In this document: piece after piece, positions 36,672 through 44,693 of the stretch
How positions within the stretch are numbered: the stretch's first letter is position 1
Layout: each line of letters begins with the position of its first letter
From: a virus
Taxonomy: Duplodnaviria; Caudoviricetes
Direction: 5' to 3' (one strand)
DNA length: 46,988 nt
IMG/VR virus record: IMGVR_UViG_3300037313_001456
Coordinates: 1-46,988 of that record
Position numbers and translations under genes: made by a program
The notes under the pieces: generated by a model
Told to the model about the DNA's origin: nothing
Seen by the model: only the letters and a program-made list of their open reading frames with translations
Database searches by the model: none

Positions 36672-37299
36672 ACAAACTCACTTTGCTTTCTTCTTGGTAG
36701 ACTTGCTGGTCTTTTTGCTTTTCTTGACGGGCATGACTGTTCTCCTTTCTTTGAAGTGTGAGCTTCATGATGTCGCTCATTCCAAGCATAGATGCCTTGG
36801 ACTTATCGCGAGGCTCAGGAAGTCTCGGAGCGGAACTAGCCTGCTGTGGAGTCACTAGAAGGGACTCGGCAAGCTGTTTCCACTGAGCTTTAAATGTCGG
36901 CAACGTTCTGTTATCGACGGTTTCGCAGAGGTTTTTCCAACCCCCTGACATCTGGACGACCCTCCAGCCGAGCTCGCCAATTGCCTGCTTCGCTCGCTCC
37001 GAATCGTTCCAGCCCACGTTGTATAGGGCTTGGACGATCTTGTTGACCGCGATCGTGGCTTCGTCTTTCGGAGCCGCTTGTGGGTTGACCTTGCTAATGA
37101 TGTCTTTGAGAGACGGGAATGGGCTTTTACTGTCGAACGACAAGATGATTTCATCGAGTGCCTTATTGACCCTTTCAAATCCATACGGAGCAAGAAGTCG
37201 ATGATAGGTATCGATCATTTCATCCTTCATTTCGAAGTTAGGTACCATCCCTGAGAGAGCAGTCATCCGCACGACGAAGCCTTCCTCATGCTGGTCCAT
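36637..37299 (-). CDS. Replication-associated helicase loader/inhibitor-like protein
   Basis: IDTYHRLL...FPSLKDII N-domain; VVQMSGGWKNLC motif; follows the putative initiator. Confidence 0.6.
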   Translation of the reverse strand: MDQHEEGFVVRMTALSGMVPNFEMKDEMIDTYHRLLAPYGFERVNKALDEIILSFDSKSPFPSLKDIISKVNPQAAPKDEATIAVNKIVQALYNVGWNDSERAKQAIGELGWRVVQMSGGWKNLCETVDNRTLPTFKAQWKQLAESLLVTPQQASSAPRLPEPRDKSKASMLGMSDIMKLTLQRKENSHARQEKQKDQQVYQEESKVSLYGIPEAEKNRR

Positions 37300-37753
37300 T
37301 ACGGCGTCGCTCCACGAATCGACGCATTACGTCCGTGTTCGAAGCTTTCTGCTCGCCTCTTCTTGCTTGCGTCTGCGTGACGGATTGGCCCGTATCGAGC
37401 TTCACTCCGATAACCTGAAGGTTTTGCTCGAACGTAACCAGATCATGACGCCTGACCACGAATATATAATCGTCCATCAAGAGGTATTGCTGAATCAGTG
37501 AAATCGCCTTTGGAAGCCCGACGTCCTTCACAATTCGCTTAGCGATGCCAGCAAGCTTTCCGGTAACGACAGGATTAGTTCCCCAACGATCATAGAAGAC
37601 ATCGCAGTACGCCTGAATGAACTGATTAACCTGGCCCTTGTCTTCACCTAGCAACTTTTTAAGGCCATTAAACAGGTCATTAAGAACAGACTCCCCCACC
37701 CGGATGCCGTTCTCTTCGAGAAGGCTTCCAAACTGCTTTAATGTGAGCTTCAT
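37286..37753 (-). CDS. Putative replication initiator C-terminal-like protein
   Basis: FIQAYCDVFYDRWG.NP...GIAKRIVK..G...IQQYL; upstream of the loader-like gene. Confidence 0.45.
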   Translation of the reverse strand: MKLTLKQFGSLLEENGIRVGESVLNDLFNGLKKLLGEDKGQVNQFIQAYCDVFYDRWGTNPVVTGKLAGIAKRIVKDVGLPKAISLIQQYLLMDDYIFVVRRHDLVTFEQNLQVIGVKLDTGQSVTQTQARRGEQKASNTDVMRRFVERRRNGPA

Positions 37754-37762
37754 CGCGGCTCC

Positions 37763-38446
37763 TCAAGCGGGTATGGAACTACGTTTACCTGATCTCAAGC
37801 CAGAGCTGATGCAAGCCATCATCGTGAGCCAGAACAGCCAGGAAGCTGGGCTCTTTGACGAATGGAAGTCTATGCCCTGGATGTTGAAGCCCTGAATAAC
37901 TAGCTTGGCTCCAATGGTGAGGACCAAGAGATAGGCCGTCCTCTCAAGATTTGGAAAGATACGAAGCAGATGAATAAAGACCACTGCAGCAAATCTCATC
38001 ATCATGATCCCTAAGATGCCGCCGGTCACTACAACCCAATAATTCTGAGTCAGAGATACAGCAGCGAGAATCGAATCGACGGAGAAAGCGATATCCATAA
38101 TCTCAACGCACAAAACGACTCTCCAGAAAGAAGACCATTTCAATAATCCGAACTCATCTTCTTTTTTCGGTGCGATCAAATTACGGAGCGCGATGTAAAT
38201 CAGATAGCCGCCACCAACAAACTTAATCCAAGTCAGTGACATGAGCGTTGTCAGAAAGAACAACGAGATAAAGCGAAATAGGAACGCACCCCAGATTCCA
38301 TACGTGAGCGCCTTTTGTCGCTGCTCAGCCGGCAATCCTCTCACCATCAAAGCGAGAACAAGTGCGTTGTCGAGAGAAAGAATTCCTTCAAGAAAAATCA
38401 AAAAGCCGATTACTGCTACATCCGTGGCATTGAAAACCAGAAACAT
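37763..38446 (-). CDS. terC: TerC family integral membrane protein
   Basis: LEGILSLDNALVLA, ALTYGIWGAFLFR, GGGYLIY, VEIMDIAFSVDSILAAV, GGILGI..MR, FPNLE. Confidence 0.93.
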   Translation of the reverse strand: MFLVFNATDVAVIGFLIFLEGILSLDNALVLALMVRGLPAEQRQKALTYGIWGAFLFRFISLFFLTTLMSLTWIKFVGGGYLIYIALRNLIAPKKEDEFGLLKWSSFWRVVLCVEIMDIAFSVDSILAAVSLTQNYWVVVTGGILGIMMMRFAAVVFIHLLRIFPNLERTAYLLVLTIGAKLVIQGFNIQGIDFHSSKSPASWLFWLTMMACISSGLRSGKRSSIPA

Positions 38447-38512
38447 ACACCCCCCTATTAAAGGGCGAGGACTCGGCTAAAATCCATTTCGGGTCCCCGC
38501 CCTGCTCTCTGT

Positions 38513-38638
38513 TTAGCTGTGAAACGCTTTCATTCCGGCAGACCAAGCCCGAACAAGTTTGTTCTTGAGGCTTACAATCTGCTCGTGAAAGAGCGATCCA
38601 ATCGTCAGACCGGATAAGAATACGATCGCCGTGTACAT
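38513..38638 (-). CDS. 41-aa membrane peptide (not in ORF track)
   Basis: MYTAIVFLSGLTIGSLFHEQIVSLKNKLVRAWSAGMKAFHS; GGAG RBS. Confidence 0.55.
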   Translation of the reverse strand: MYTAIVFLSGLTIGSLFHEQIVSLKNKLVRAWSAGMKAFHS

Positions 38639-38641
38639 CGA

Positions 38642-39256
38642 TTACTCCGTAAGAGCTGCAACGAGCGTATCGGTCAAGCCGATTTTCTCCACGTCATCCA
38701 TCGTCTTGGCGTTGACGATGTCCATCTTCGCGCCTTCAGCGGTCAAATGACTGTCCAAGCGTTGCAAAAACGCTTTAGCGTCACTTGCTTGCCCGACCTG
38801 AATGAACGAGAGGCCGAACTCTTCACGAGAGTCGAGCTTCTTTGTGAAGTCTACGATTGCACTGACAACCTCTTGTTCGTCGTTCGGGCAGCCATCAGTG
38901 ACCACGAGACACATGGTCCCGTTGGCTTTCATCTTGCTGGCCGCTTTCTGATCGAGATGGGTTTGGAAGACGTTCTTCAGCACTGGAGCGAGCTCGGTGC
39001 CACCCATTGGGCTGTTTTCGTTAAACACGTCCTCAACCTTGGCTGGCGTCGTGTTTTCGTAAACCTTGAAGCTTCCAGCGAATGGGATGACCGTGATCCC
39101 GTCTGGATCATACTCGTTCACCTTGTTTGCGATTGCGATCGTCGACTCCTTGGCGGCATTCCAACGGCTCTTGCCTTTGCAATCGTGGGTCTCCATCGAT
39201 CCGCTCTTATCCAGAACCAAAACGTAGTCACGATTTTTCAGTTTTTCCAAATCCAT
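38642..39256 (-). CDS. vWA domain protein (MIDAS)
   Basis: VLVLDKSGSM (DxSxS), GGTELAPVL, LVVTDG.P, FIQVG, FLQRLD; start MDLEKL with AAGGAG RBS. Confidence 0.92.
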   Translation of the reverse strand: MDLEKLKNRDYVLVLDKSGSMETHDCKGKSRWNAAKESTIAIANKVNEYDPDGITVIPFAGSFKVYENTTPAKVEDVFNENSPMGGTELAPVLKNVFQTHLDQKAASKMKANGTMCLVVTDGCPNDEQEVVSAIVDFTKKLDSREEFGLSFIQVGQASDAKAFLQRLDSHLTAEGAKMDIVNAKTMDDVEKIGLTDTLVAALTE

Positions 39257-39257
39257 A

Positions 39258-39593
39258 CTATTCTCCTTCAGTTTGATTACTTCCCTGTGCTTCAACACGA
39301 TCCTCGGTCTCCACAGTTGAGACCGACTCGGCATCATCCGATTCATCGTCTCGGTTGATGCGATATCGCTTCATCTTTTCAACAAGCGTCGTCCGGTTGA
39401 TCGAAAGAAGCTTTGCGGCTTCAGTCGTCACATCGTCAGTCTTCTCAAGCGCAATGCGGATTAACTCCGCTTCGATCTCGCGAAGAGTCTGCCGGAGATT
39501 GATGCCCTCTTTTGGAATGACAACTCCTGCAACGCGTCTCTTTGGTTTCTTGGTTTCGACGACGGACGTCGCCCTTTCTTCTCCAAAGCTCAT
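39258..39593 (-). CDS. Stand-alone Fis-type HTH (HTH_8) protein with acidic tail
   Basis: GINLRQTLREIEAELIRIALEKT....TEAAKLLSINRTTLVEKMKRY, like the C-terminal domain of sigma54 activators. Confidence 0.88.
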   Translation of the reverse strand: MSFGEERATSVVETKKPKRRVAGVVIPKEGINLRQTLREIEAELIRIALEKTDDVTTEAAKLLSINRTTLVEKMKRYRINRDDESDDAESVSTVETEDRVEAQGSNQTEGE

Positions 39594-39705
39594 GATCACC
39601 CCCCTTGAGATCACCTGCTTCTTCTAAAACCCAGCCGGCGCGAAGGCCGACTGGGAAAGACGAGAGCGGGTGATGTGTCTTTGATGAATTGAAGTGTAGG
39701 GACTT

Positions 39706-39720
39706 TTGCGTAGTACGCAA
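39706..39720. promoter_or_regulatory. Perfect palindromic operator-like site
   Basis: TTGCGTA-G-TACGCAA upstream of the Fis/vWA/TerC/replication operon. Confidence 0.55.
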
Positions 39721-39911
39721 TACAGTGACTCTTTTACGCTGTGCATGGACCAACATAGACCAAACGAGAACAGCGGGGACTATTGTCCATACTGCGTCAA
39801 ATAGACTGTCTTTGGACTGTGTGATTAAACCACTTTCGATCAACGAGCCGGCTCTGAGTGATCGCTAAAAATCAGCTGAATTCCCGCACGAGTGAGAAGT
39901 ATTTTTCAAAT

Positions 39912-39945
39912 TTGGACCTGGGTTCAATTCCCAGCGTCTCCACCA
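39912..39945 (+). other. attP core: 3' fragment of tmRNA (ssrA)
   Basis: TTGGAC-CTGGG-TTCAATT-CCCAG-CGTCTCC-ACCA: GAC before the T stem, an Ala-type acceptor strand and CCA; ~140 nt upstream of the integrase; no 5' half upstream. Confidence 0.8.
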
Positions 39946-39990
39946 AATTTTCAGTAACTATCTGTTTTTGTTACAAAATATCAACCTCTA

Positions 39991-40012
39991 CCCAGGTCCA
40001 ATTGGACCTGGG
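39991..40012. repeat. Perfect 22-bp palindrome containing a copy of the attP 11-mer
   Basis: CCCAGGTCCAATTGGACCTGGG; TTGGACCTGGG also occurs at 39912-39922. Confidence 0.85.
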
Positions 40013-40083
40013 GGACGGGGTTGAAATCATTGAGTTTCGCATTTTCCGTTGATCTTTTTGGTCCGCAATTCTAAATAGCCGCC

Positions 40084-41238
40084 GTGGCTTACAGAATTCA
40101 AAAACGCAGCTGGAAAAAAGCCGACGGGACAGTGACAGAGTCGTGGCGACTCATCATTGATGACTATACTTCGGGCGAGGCTGTTTCGAGTTATCCGGAT
40201 AAGGCGTCCTATTGGAAATTGGGCTTCGATCCGAATGCCTCCTACGAAGACGCAAAAGCTACTCTCAAAGTCATACAAGCCAGAAATAAGATTTCACGCG
40301 CAATGGAGCGAAAAGCGAAGCTTCACGCGGAACGCATTAAGGCTGAACAGATCGAGTCTGCATATCTTCCACAACATTTGTATAGAAGCTTTCTCTCGTG
40401 GCTGAAAGAAAAGAGACTATGGGACGAACTTCCAGAAAAGGTATCTTCGCATCTGTTATGCATGCGAAAGATTGTACAGGAAGTGAACGCGTGCCCGTCG
40501 ACCTGGCCCGATAGCCCAGAGAAGATCTATCGCTACTTCCTAAGAAACAAGCTCAGCATTTCCTACATTCAGAAGGTCTTGCCGCTCATTAACGAATATG
40601 GGTTCTTCTATTGTCGTGAAATGGGTAAGCCATTTTTACCTATCTCGATGCCAAGAGGAGACATGGCTCAAAAGATCGACAACACCAATCACAACGCCCG
40701 CAATGGCAAGCAAGCGCCGTCTAAACCCATTTTGCCAGCGCATCTGTCCGCGCTACAATCCTTGCCGCCAGAACAACTCAGATGGGTTCGAGCTGCCGTC
40801 TTTTTTGGTCTTAGGCCATTCGAAGTAGATCGCCTTAACAAAAGGAATCTCGACAAGGATTCTGGGTGGAAAATCTCAAAAGATGAAAATGGGACATACA
40901 TCCTGCATTTCTATCAACACAAGCTCGTCAGAGTTACCGAACGAGCTCGCCGATGGAAAAGAATCCCCTGCATTCTTCCTGAGCAGATCGAAATTTTGGA
41001 TGAGCTCCATCAAGGCTTGCCCACAAAAAGACCCTATTGCAAGACATTGCAGAGTCATCTTGGTGCAGGCGTAGGGCTGTATGGTGGCCGTAAGGCGTTT
41101 GAAAAGCTAATGCGGTCTAAGGGCCAAGACTTCAGAAATATCAGCCGTTGGCTGGGTCACACAGATGTAAACAGAACAGAGCGCAATTACCGCGAAACTG
41201 AGGCCGTAGAATATGCTCCGATCAAAGACCCTGCATGA
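40084..41238 (+). CDS. int: Tyrosine recombinase/integrase
   Basis: FFGLRPFE (R), GLYGGRK (variant HxxR), ISRWLGH and TERNY (catalytic Y); adjacent to attP. Confidence 0.9.
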   Translation: MAYRIQKRSWKKADGTVTESWRLIIDDYTSGEAVSSYPDKASYWKLGFDPNASYEDAKATLKVIQARNKISRAMERKAKLHAERIKAEQIESAYLPQHLYRSFLSWLKEKRLWDELPEKVSSHLLCMRKIVQEVNACPSTWPDSPEKIYRYFLRNKLSISYIQKVLPLINEYGFFYCREMGKPFLPISMPRGDMAQKIDNTNHNARNGKQAPSKPILPAHLSALQSLPPEQLRWVRAAVFFGLRPFEVDRLNKRNLDKDSGWKISKDENGTYILHFYQHKLVRVTERARRWKRIPCILPEQIEILDELHQGLPTKRPYCKTLQSHLGAGVGLYGGRKAFEKLMRSKGQDFRNISRWLGHTDVNRTERNYRETEAVEYAPIKDPA

Positions 41239-41455
41239 AACGATGAAGTTCGAGCGTGTCGAACATCACTCGTCCATCCTTCGCTGGGCATTGTTTGAGC
41301 AGGCCTTTGCGCTTCAGAATTCTGACGGCGTTTTCAGTCCTGCCCAAGATTTGAGCAGCAGCGCGAACATCAACGTATCGCCGTCCTTGCGAGGCTTCAT
41401 TGAGATCGCGGGTGTTCTGATTCGGTACAAGGCTAACAACTTTTGCAGCTTGCAT
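41222..41455 (-). CDS. Excisionase-like HTH protein
   Basis: YVDVRAAAQILGRTENAVR...GRVMFDTLELHRFM; convergent with int. Confidence 0.78.
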   Translation of the reverse strand: MQAAKVVSLVPNQNTRDLNEASQGRRYVDVRAAAQILGRTENAVRILKRKGLLKQCPAKDGRVMFDTLELHRFMQGL

Positions 41456-41504
41456 ATTCCCCCTCTCGATATGTCTCGCCCTTCGTGGGCTGAGATCTAA
41501 AATA

Positions 41505-41740
41505 GTGCGGGTTACTACCGGTTAAGTAGTAATTAGGCCGCCTGACCTCCCGCACCTTTTCCAACGGCGTCTGCTTATATCTACCGTTAGAACCTTCAAA
41601 CATATGACAGCGTGGGCCGGGAATGAGGCCGAACTACCGATGTTGCTCTTTAGCGCGTTCATTCATCCCCGAGCCGGATATGCACCCTGGCCTGTTACCC
41701 ACGCTCATCTAGCGGCTCCCAATGGGCATCCGCCGCTAAA
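41505..41740 (-). ncRNA. Cluster of multi-stem structured elements upstream of xis
   Basis: GTGCGGG/CCCGCAC (~41505-41555), AGCGTGGG/CCCACGCT (41609-41705) and TAGCGG/CCGCTA (~41711-41738). Confidence 0.45.
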
Positions 41741-41743
41741 AAC

Positions 41744-41968
41744 TTATTTCTTTTCCGCCAGCCACGCGACTTCAACTTGATGAAAGAGTGCGGCTGCGGC
41801 TTCTCTTATTAGCCTCGCTCCAACATCATCAGCTACTTCGATAACGATGTGTCCCATCATACGGAACACTTCCGCCTGAGCATCATTCTCCATTTCGATT
41901 GGATAGAGAAAGTAATGGTATCCCGATCCTGGAATCGTTCCCTCTTCTTTTCTAACTGCTAATTTCAC
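41744..41968 (-). CDS. Hypothetical protein
   Basis: AGGAG RBS before GTG. Confidence 0.7.
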   Translation of the reverse strand: MKLAVRKEEGTIPGSGYHYFLYPIEMENDAQAEVFRMMGHIVIEVADDVGARLIREAAAALFHQVEVAWLAEKK

Positions 41969-42015
41969 ATTTTCTCCTATAACTGCAACGTAGTCATGCG
42001 CACCCGATGTAAGGT

Positions 42016-42378
42016 TTAAATTGCCTCTTCCAAAGTGAGGTCCTTCAGATTGGCCACCTTTCGCTGGCCATCAACCGGAGACCACAGGTGCAAACAATAC
42101 GGGTGAGTATTTACGTGATCGCTCCGCTTTGCGAGAACCTGATAGGCTTCAGCTTCAGCACCAAGAAACTCATCTTTCACCTTGGACAGCTCTTCCCAAG
42201 ATGGCAGCCGATCTGGGCGAGACACCGACAAATGAATCCACTTATCACCGATCTTAGTTGTCGAGATCGATCGTAGGACTCGAAGTTCAACAAGCCTATG
42301 CTCCCAAACGCGGGCAGCTTTGACTCCTAAGAACTGGATCGAGTTAAGCTCTTTCCAATGCGATAGCGGCTCTTTCAC
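42016..42378 (-). CDS. Conserved phage hypothetical protein
   Basis: WIHLSVSRPDRLPSWEELSKVKDEF...HVNTHPYCLHLW, a widespread phage family motif. Confidence 0.85.
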   Translation of the reverse strand: MKEPLSHWKELNSIQFLGVKAARVWEHRLVELRVLRSISTTKIGDKWIHLSVSRPDRLPSWEELSKVKDEFLGAEAEAYQVLAKRSDHVNTHPYCLHLWSPVDGQRKVANLKDLTLEEAI

Positions 42379-42395
42379 TCCATGGTCCCCTCAAG

Positions 42396-42554
42396 CTATT
42401 TCTTCCGCCGAGGCGTCATTCTGTCCACATAGACAGGAACCTTACCCGTATTGATAATCGTGACCCCAAATGCCTTCTGTTTAGACGACTCACCTGGCAT
42501 GAGCTTATTTCCAGACCGTTTACTTGGTTTCTTTAGCTTCTTCACTTGAATCAT
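42396..42554 (-). CDS. 52-aa basic protein (not in ORF track)
   Basis: MIQVKKLKKPSKRSGNKLMPGES...VTIINTGKVPVYVDRMTPRRKK; AAGGA RBS. Confidence 0.55.
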   Translation of the reverse strand: MIQVKKLKKPSKRSGNKLMPGESSKQKAFGVTIINTGKVPVYVDRMTPRRKK

Positions 42555-42558
42555 TTTT

Positions 42559-42885
42559 CTATCCTTTCAATAGAATGTTAATTATTTCAGACTTGTGATG
42601 CTTCCCATCACACATATACAGAACGCCGCCTGCATCGCTGTCGTAATCAAAGTGATGCACCGACTTAGAAAATGTCTCCGGCAGCATGTTATTGCTTCTT
42701 AGGTACTGTTCCACTTTGTCCCAAAACTGTTTCTTCAATACCTCTGAGTCTTCGGAAAGCTTCTCAGCCTGTCGCTTTAAAAAGTCAGCACGCTTATTTA
42801 TATCTTTCCAAAGCTCTTCGACTTCACTGAACAACGTCTGAAGCGCAGGTTTCTCTTTCACAATTGCAATCGCTTGTCGTGCCAC
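42559..42885 (-). CDS. Hypothetical coiled-coil protein
   Basis: 108 aa; GGGGG RBS before GTG. Confidence 0.7.
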   Translation of the reverse strand: MARQAIAIVKEKPALQTLFSEVEELWKDINKRADFLKRQAEKLSEDSEVLKKQFWDKVEQYLRSNNMLPETFSKSVHHFDYDSDAGGVLYMCDGKHHKSEIINILLKG

Positions 42886-42933
42886 AACAACCCCCGTTTG
42901 ATGATTACCTTTAACTGCAAAATCTTTTTATAA

Positions 42934-43107
42934 AAGCGTGGCTGCCCTTAAAGTGCTCATTCACCCTCGGCGCACCAATCCGAGGCACCCGCTTCTAGTA
43001 GTGGCGTTGTCACTTAGCTCACGGAATATTTTCGTCAGCGTTTCACTCCGAGGAGTTACTTTACTTCGGATCAGCCGATATTTGCTTATGAACCAACCCA
43101 CTACAAG
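42934..43107 (-). ncRNA. Two multi-stem structured elements directly downstream of E1
   Basis: AAGCG/CGCTT with an inner CCTCGG/CCGAGG; GTAGTGG/CCACTAC with an inner TCCGA/TCGGA. Confidence 0.4.
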
Positions 43108-43108
43108 C

Positions 43109-43786
43109 CTATGTCCCCGTACCGCGATAAGCCTGGAACTGGTCAGATTTGATGTCCCAGGTCACCGTGCGCGGGTACTGATCCCCTACCAAGATGTCCT
43201 TTACTGCCTTGCAAACCATTCCAGAGAGAAGGTTTGCGGTATAAATCGTTGCTTTAGCCGTGCATCGCTCTCGAACCGCATCTTCGTCCGAATAGAGCGT
43301 CTTTTCGTAGGCCTTGGCGTCAACCTCGCTCATGGGATTCATAACGTAGAGAAGCGCACTTTCCGCTCCCATGCGAGGATCAATGATCCTGCGCGTGTTG
43401 ACTGACTTGCCTACATGATTATCCCAGATCAATTTTCTGACGGCCATGTTATCGACCGCTGAAATCACGATGCCCGGGAATATGCCTCCTTCATACTTTG
43501 TGTACCGGCCATCAATCTCAGTCCCAGTAAAGTCCAATACCAGCTGGCGCAATGCCCCAACTTTGGGACCGCCCACATCTCCCTGACGGTAAAACTGGCT
43601 ATTTAAATTCACGATATCAACGTGGTCAAAGTCGTATACGGAGATATTCCCAAATCCCATCTTGGCCAGAGCAAGCGTCACCCAGCCGCCAATGGCACCT
43701 GCACCAATGACGGTGATCGGCTCTCCCAAAACCTCGATCGGGATTAAATCTAGCTGTCTTGTTAAATGCTGATTTGTCAGTTCCAT
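43109..43786 (-). CDS. E1-like activating enzyme (ThiF/MoeB/UBA superfamily)
   Basis: N-terminal TRQ arginine, ITVIGAGAIGG, DFDHVDIVNLNSQ, GGPKV, SAVDN; candidate catalytic Cys in ERCTAKA; no CxxC Zn pairs. Confidence 0.93.
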   Translation of the reverse strand: MELTNQHLTRQLDLIPIEVLGEPITVIGAGAIGGWVTLALAKMGFGNISVYDFDHVDIVNLNSQFYRQGDVGGPKVGALRQLVLDFTGTEIDGRYTKYEGGIFPGIVISAVDNMAVRKLIWDNHVGKSVNTRRIIDPRMGAESALLYVMNPMSEVDAKAYEKTLYSDEDAVRERCTAKATIYTANLLSGMVCKAVKDILVGDQYPRTVTWDIKSDQFQAYRGTGT

Positions 43787-43792
43787 ATGTCC

Positions 43793-44680
43793 TCAGTGCT
43801 GGCTCAAATCGACCCGACTCTGGTTGAATCGTTGGATATACTCCTGCTTGAGCTCTTCCTTTTCGTTGTGTGTCAAAGTCTGATCAAGAGTGACTGCGCG
43901 ACAGATCTTAGTTAAAAGATCCTTTGCTTCTTCATATCGAGGCTCAAACTCCATGTCCTCGGCCATGTCCTCAAGAAGCTCCTTAACAGGGTAATCATCG
44001 GGACTTGTCGTCTCTTCATCCGTATTCGCTTCACTGTCTCTGTTTACAAATCCCTCGTTCTCATGCTTGCCTTGGAATGGATCACCCGTTGTTGGAACGA
44101 GATCCAATTGAGACGTGCCTTTCCCGTTCCAATGACTAGTCCAAATGCGCGAAGAGCACTTCTCTTCATATTCCCTATCCCACTCAGCGACTTCATCTTG
44201 ATTGAGGTAACTGATGATCTGAGTGGGAAAGTTATTAATAAAAAGCTCAGGCAAAACTCCGTTGCTTTGAACGTAGAATGAGCTCAAAAGCTCACGCCTC
44301 TTGTTGAATACCGTGCTGACGACAAACCCGTGCTGACCGATCTCGCGAATCGTATCGATATCGGTTCCAGACCAAAACACGTTCATATTCACATGAGAGT
44401 GCCACCAGAAGTTGAGATGCCCAGGAGTATCTTTCAGTTCATACATTGCCTTAGCTACCGAAGCAGGGTCGAGGTCGGTTGAGGCGGCGCCATTTTCCTG
44501 TTTAACAAGAATTGCGTCAACAACTCGAAAGGTTCCTCCATTGATAGTGATCTTTCCGAGACCGGATACTTCACCTGGAGCCTTCTGTATCCAATGGTTA
44601 ATCTTTTGAAATACAGCGTTGTCAATTATGAGATTGAGCTGCGCCATCGGACCTGCTTTTGAATATTCTTTTTCGTACAT
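43793..44680 (-). CDS. JAB/MPN+ (JAMM) metalloprotease, Ubl-processing/deconjugating
   Basis: GEVSG ... WWHSHVNMNVFWSGTD = E...HxH-x7-S-xx-D; acidic linker and helical C-domain. Likely start 44680 (AAGGTGAG RBS); the ORF is open to 44761. Confidence 0.9.
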   Translation of the reverse strand: MYEKEYSKAGPMAQLNLIIDNAVFQKINHWIQKAPGEVSGLGKITINGGTFRVVDAILVKQENGAASTDLDPASVAKAMYELKDTPGHLNFWWHSHVNMNVFWSGTDIDTIREIGQHGFVVSTVFNKRRELLSSFYVQSNGVLPELFINNFPTQIISYLNQDEVAEWDREYEEKCSSRIWTSHWNGKGTSQLDLVPTTGDPFQGKHENEGFVNRDSEANTDEETTSPDDYPVKELLEDMAEDMEFEPRYEEAKDLLTKICRAVTLDQTLTHNEKEELKQEYIQRFNQSRVDLSQH

Positions 44681-44693
44681 AGAGCCACTCACC

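Noticed and set aside
38462-38503. yybP-ykoY Mn riboswitch upstream of terC
   Set aside because: Only a single ~40-nt hairpin fits in the gap; no four-way junction is visible.
39912-40083. Complete or permuted two-piece tmRNA gene
   Set aside because: GGGGACG follows the CCA end, but it has no GGxTTCGAC-type D-loop, pseudoknot or tag ORF, and int starts ~70 nt later. An attP fragment is the simpler reading.
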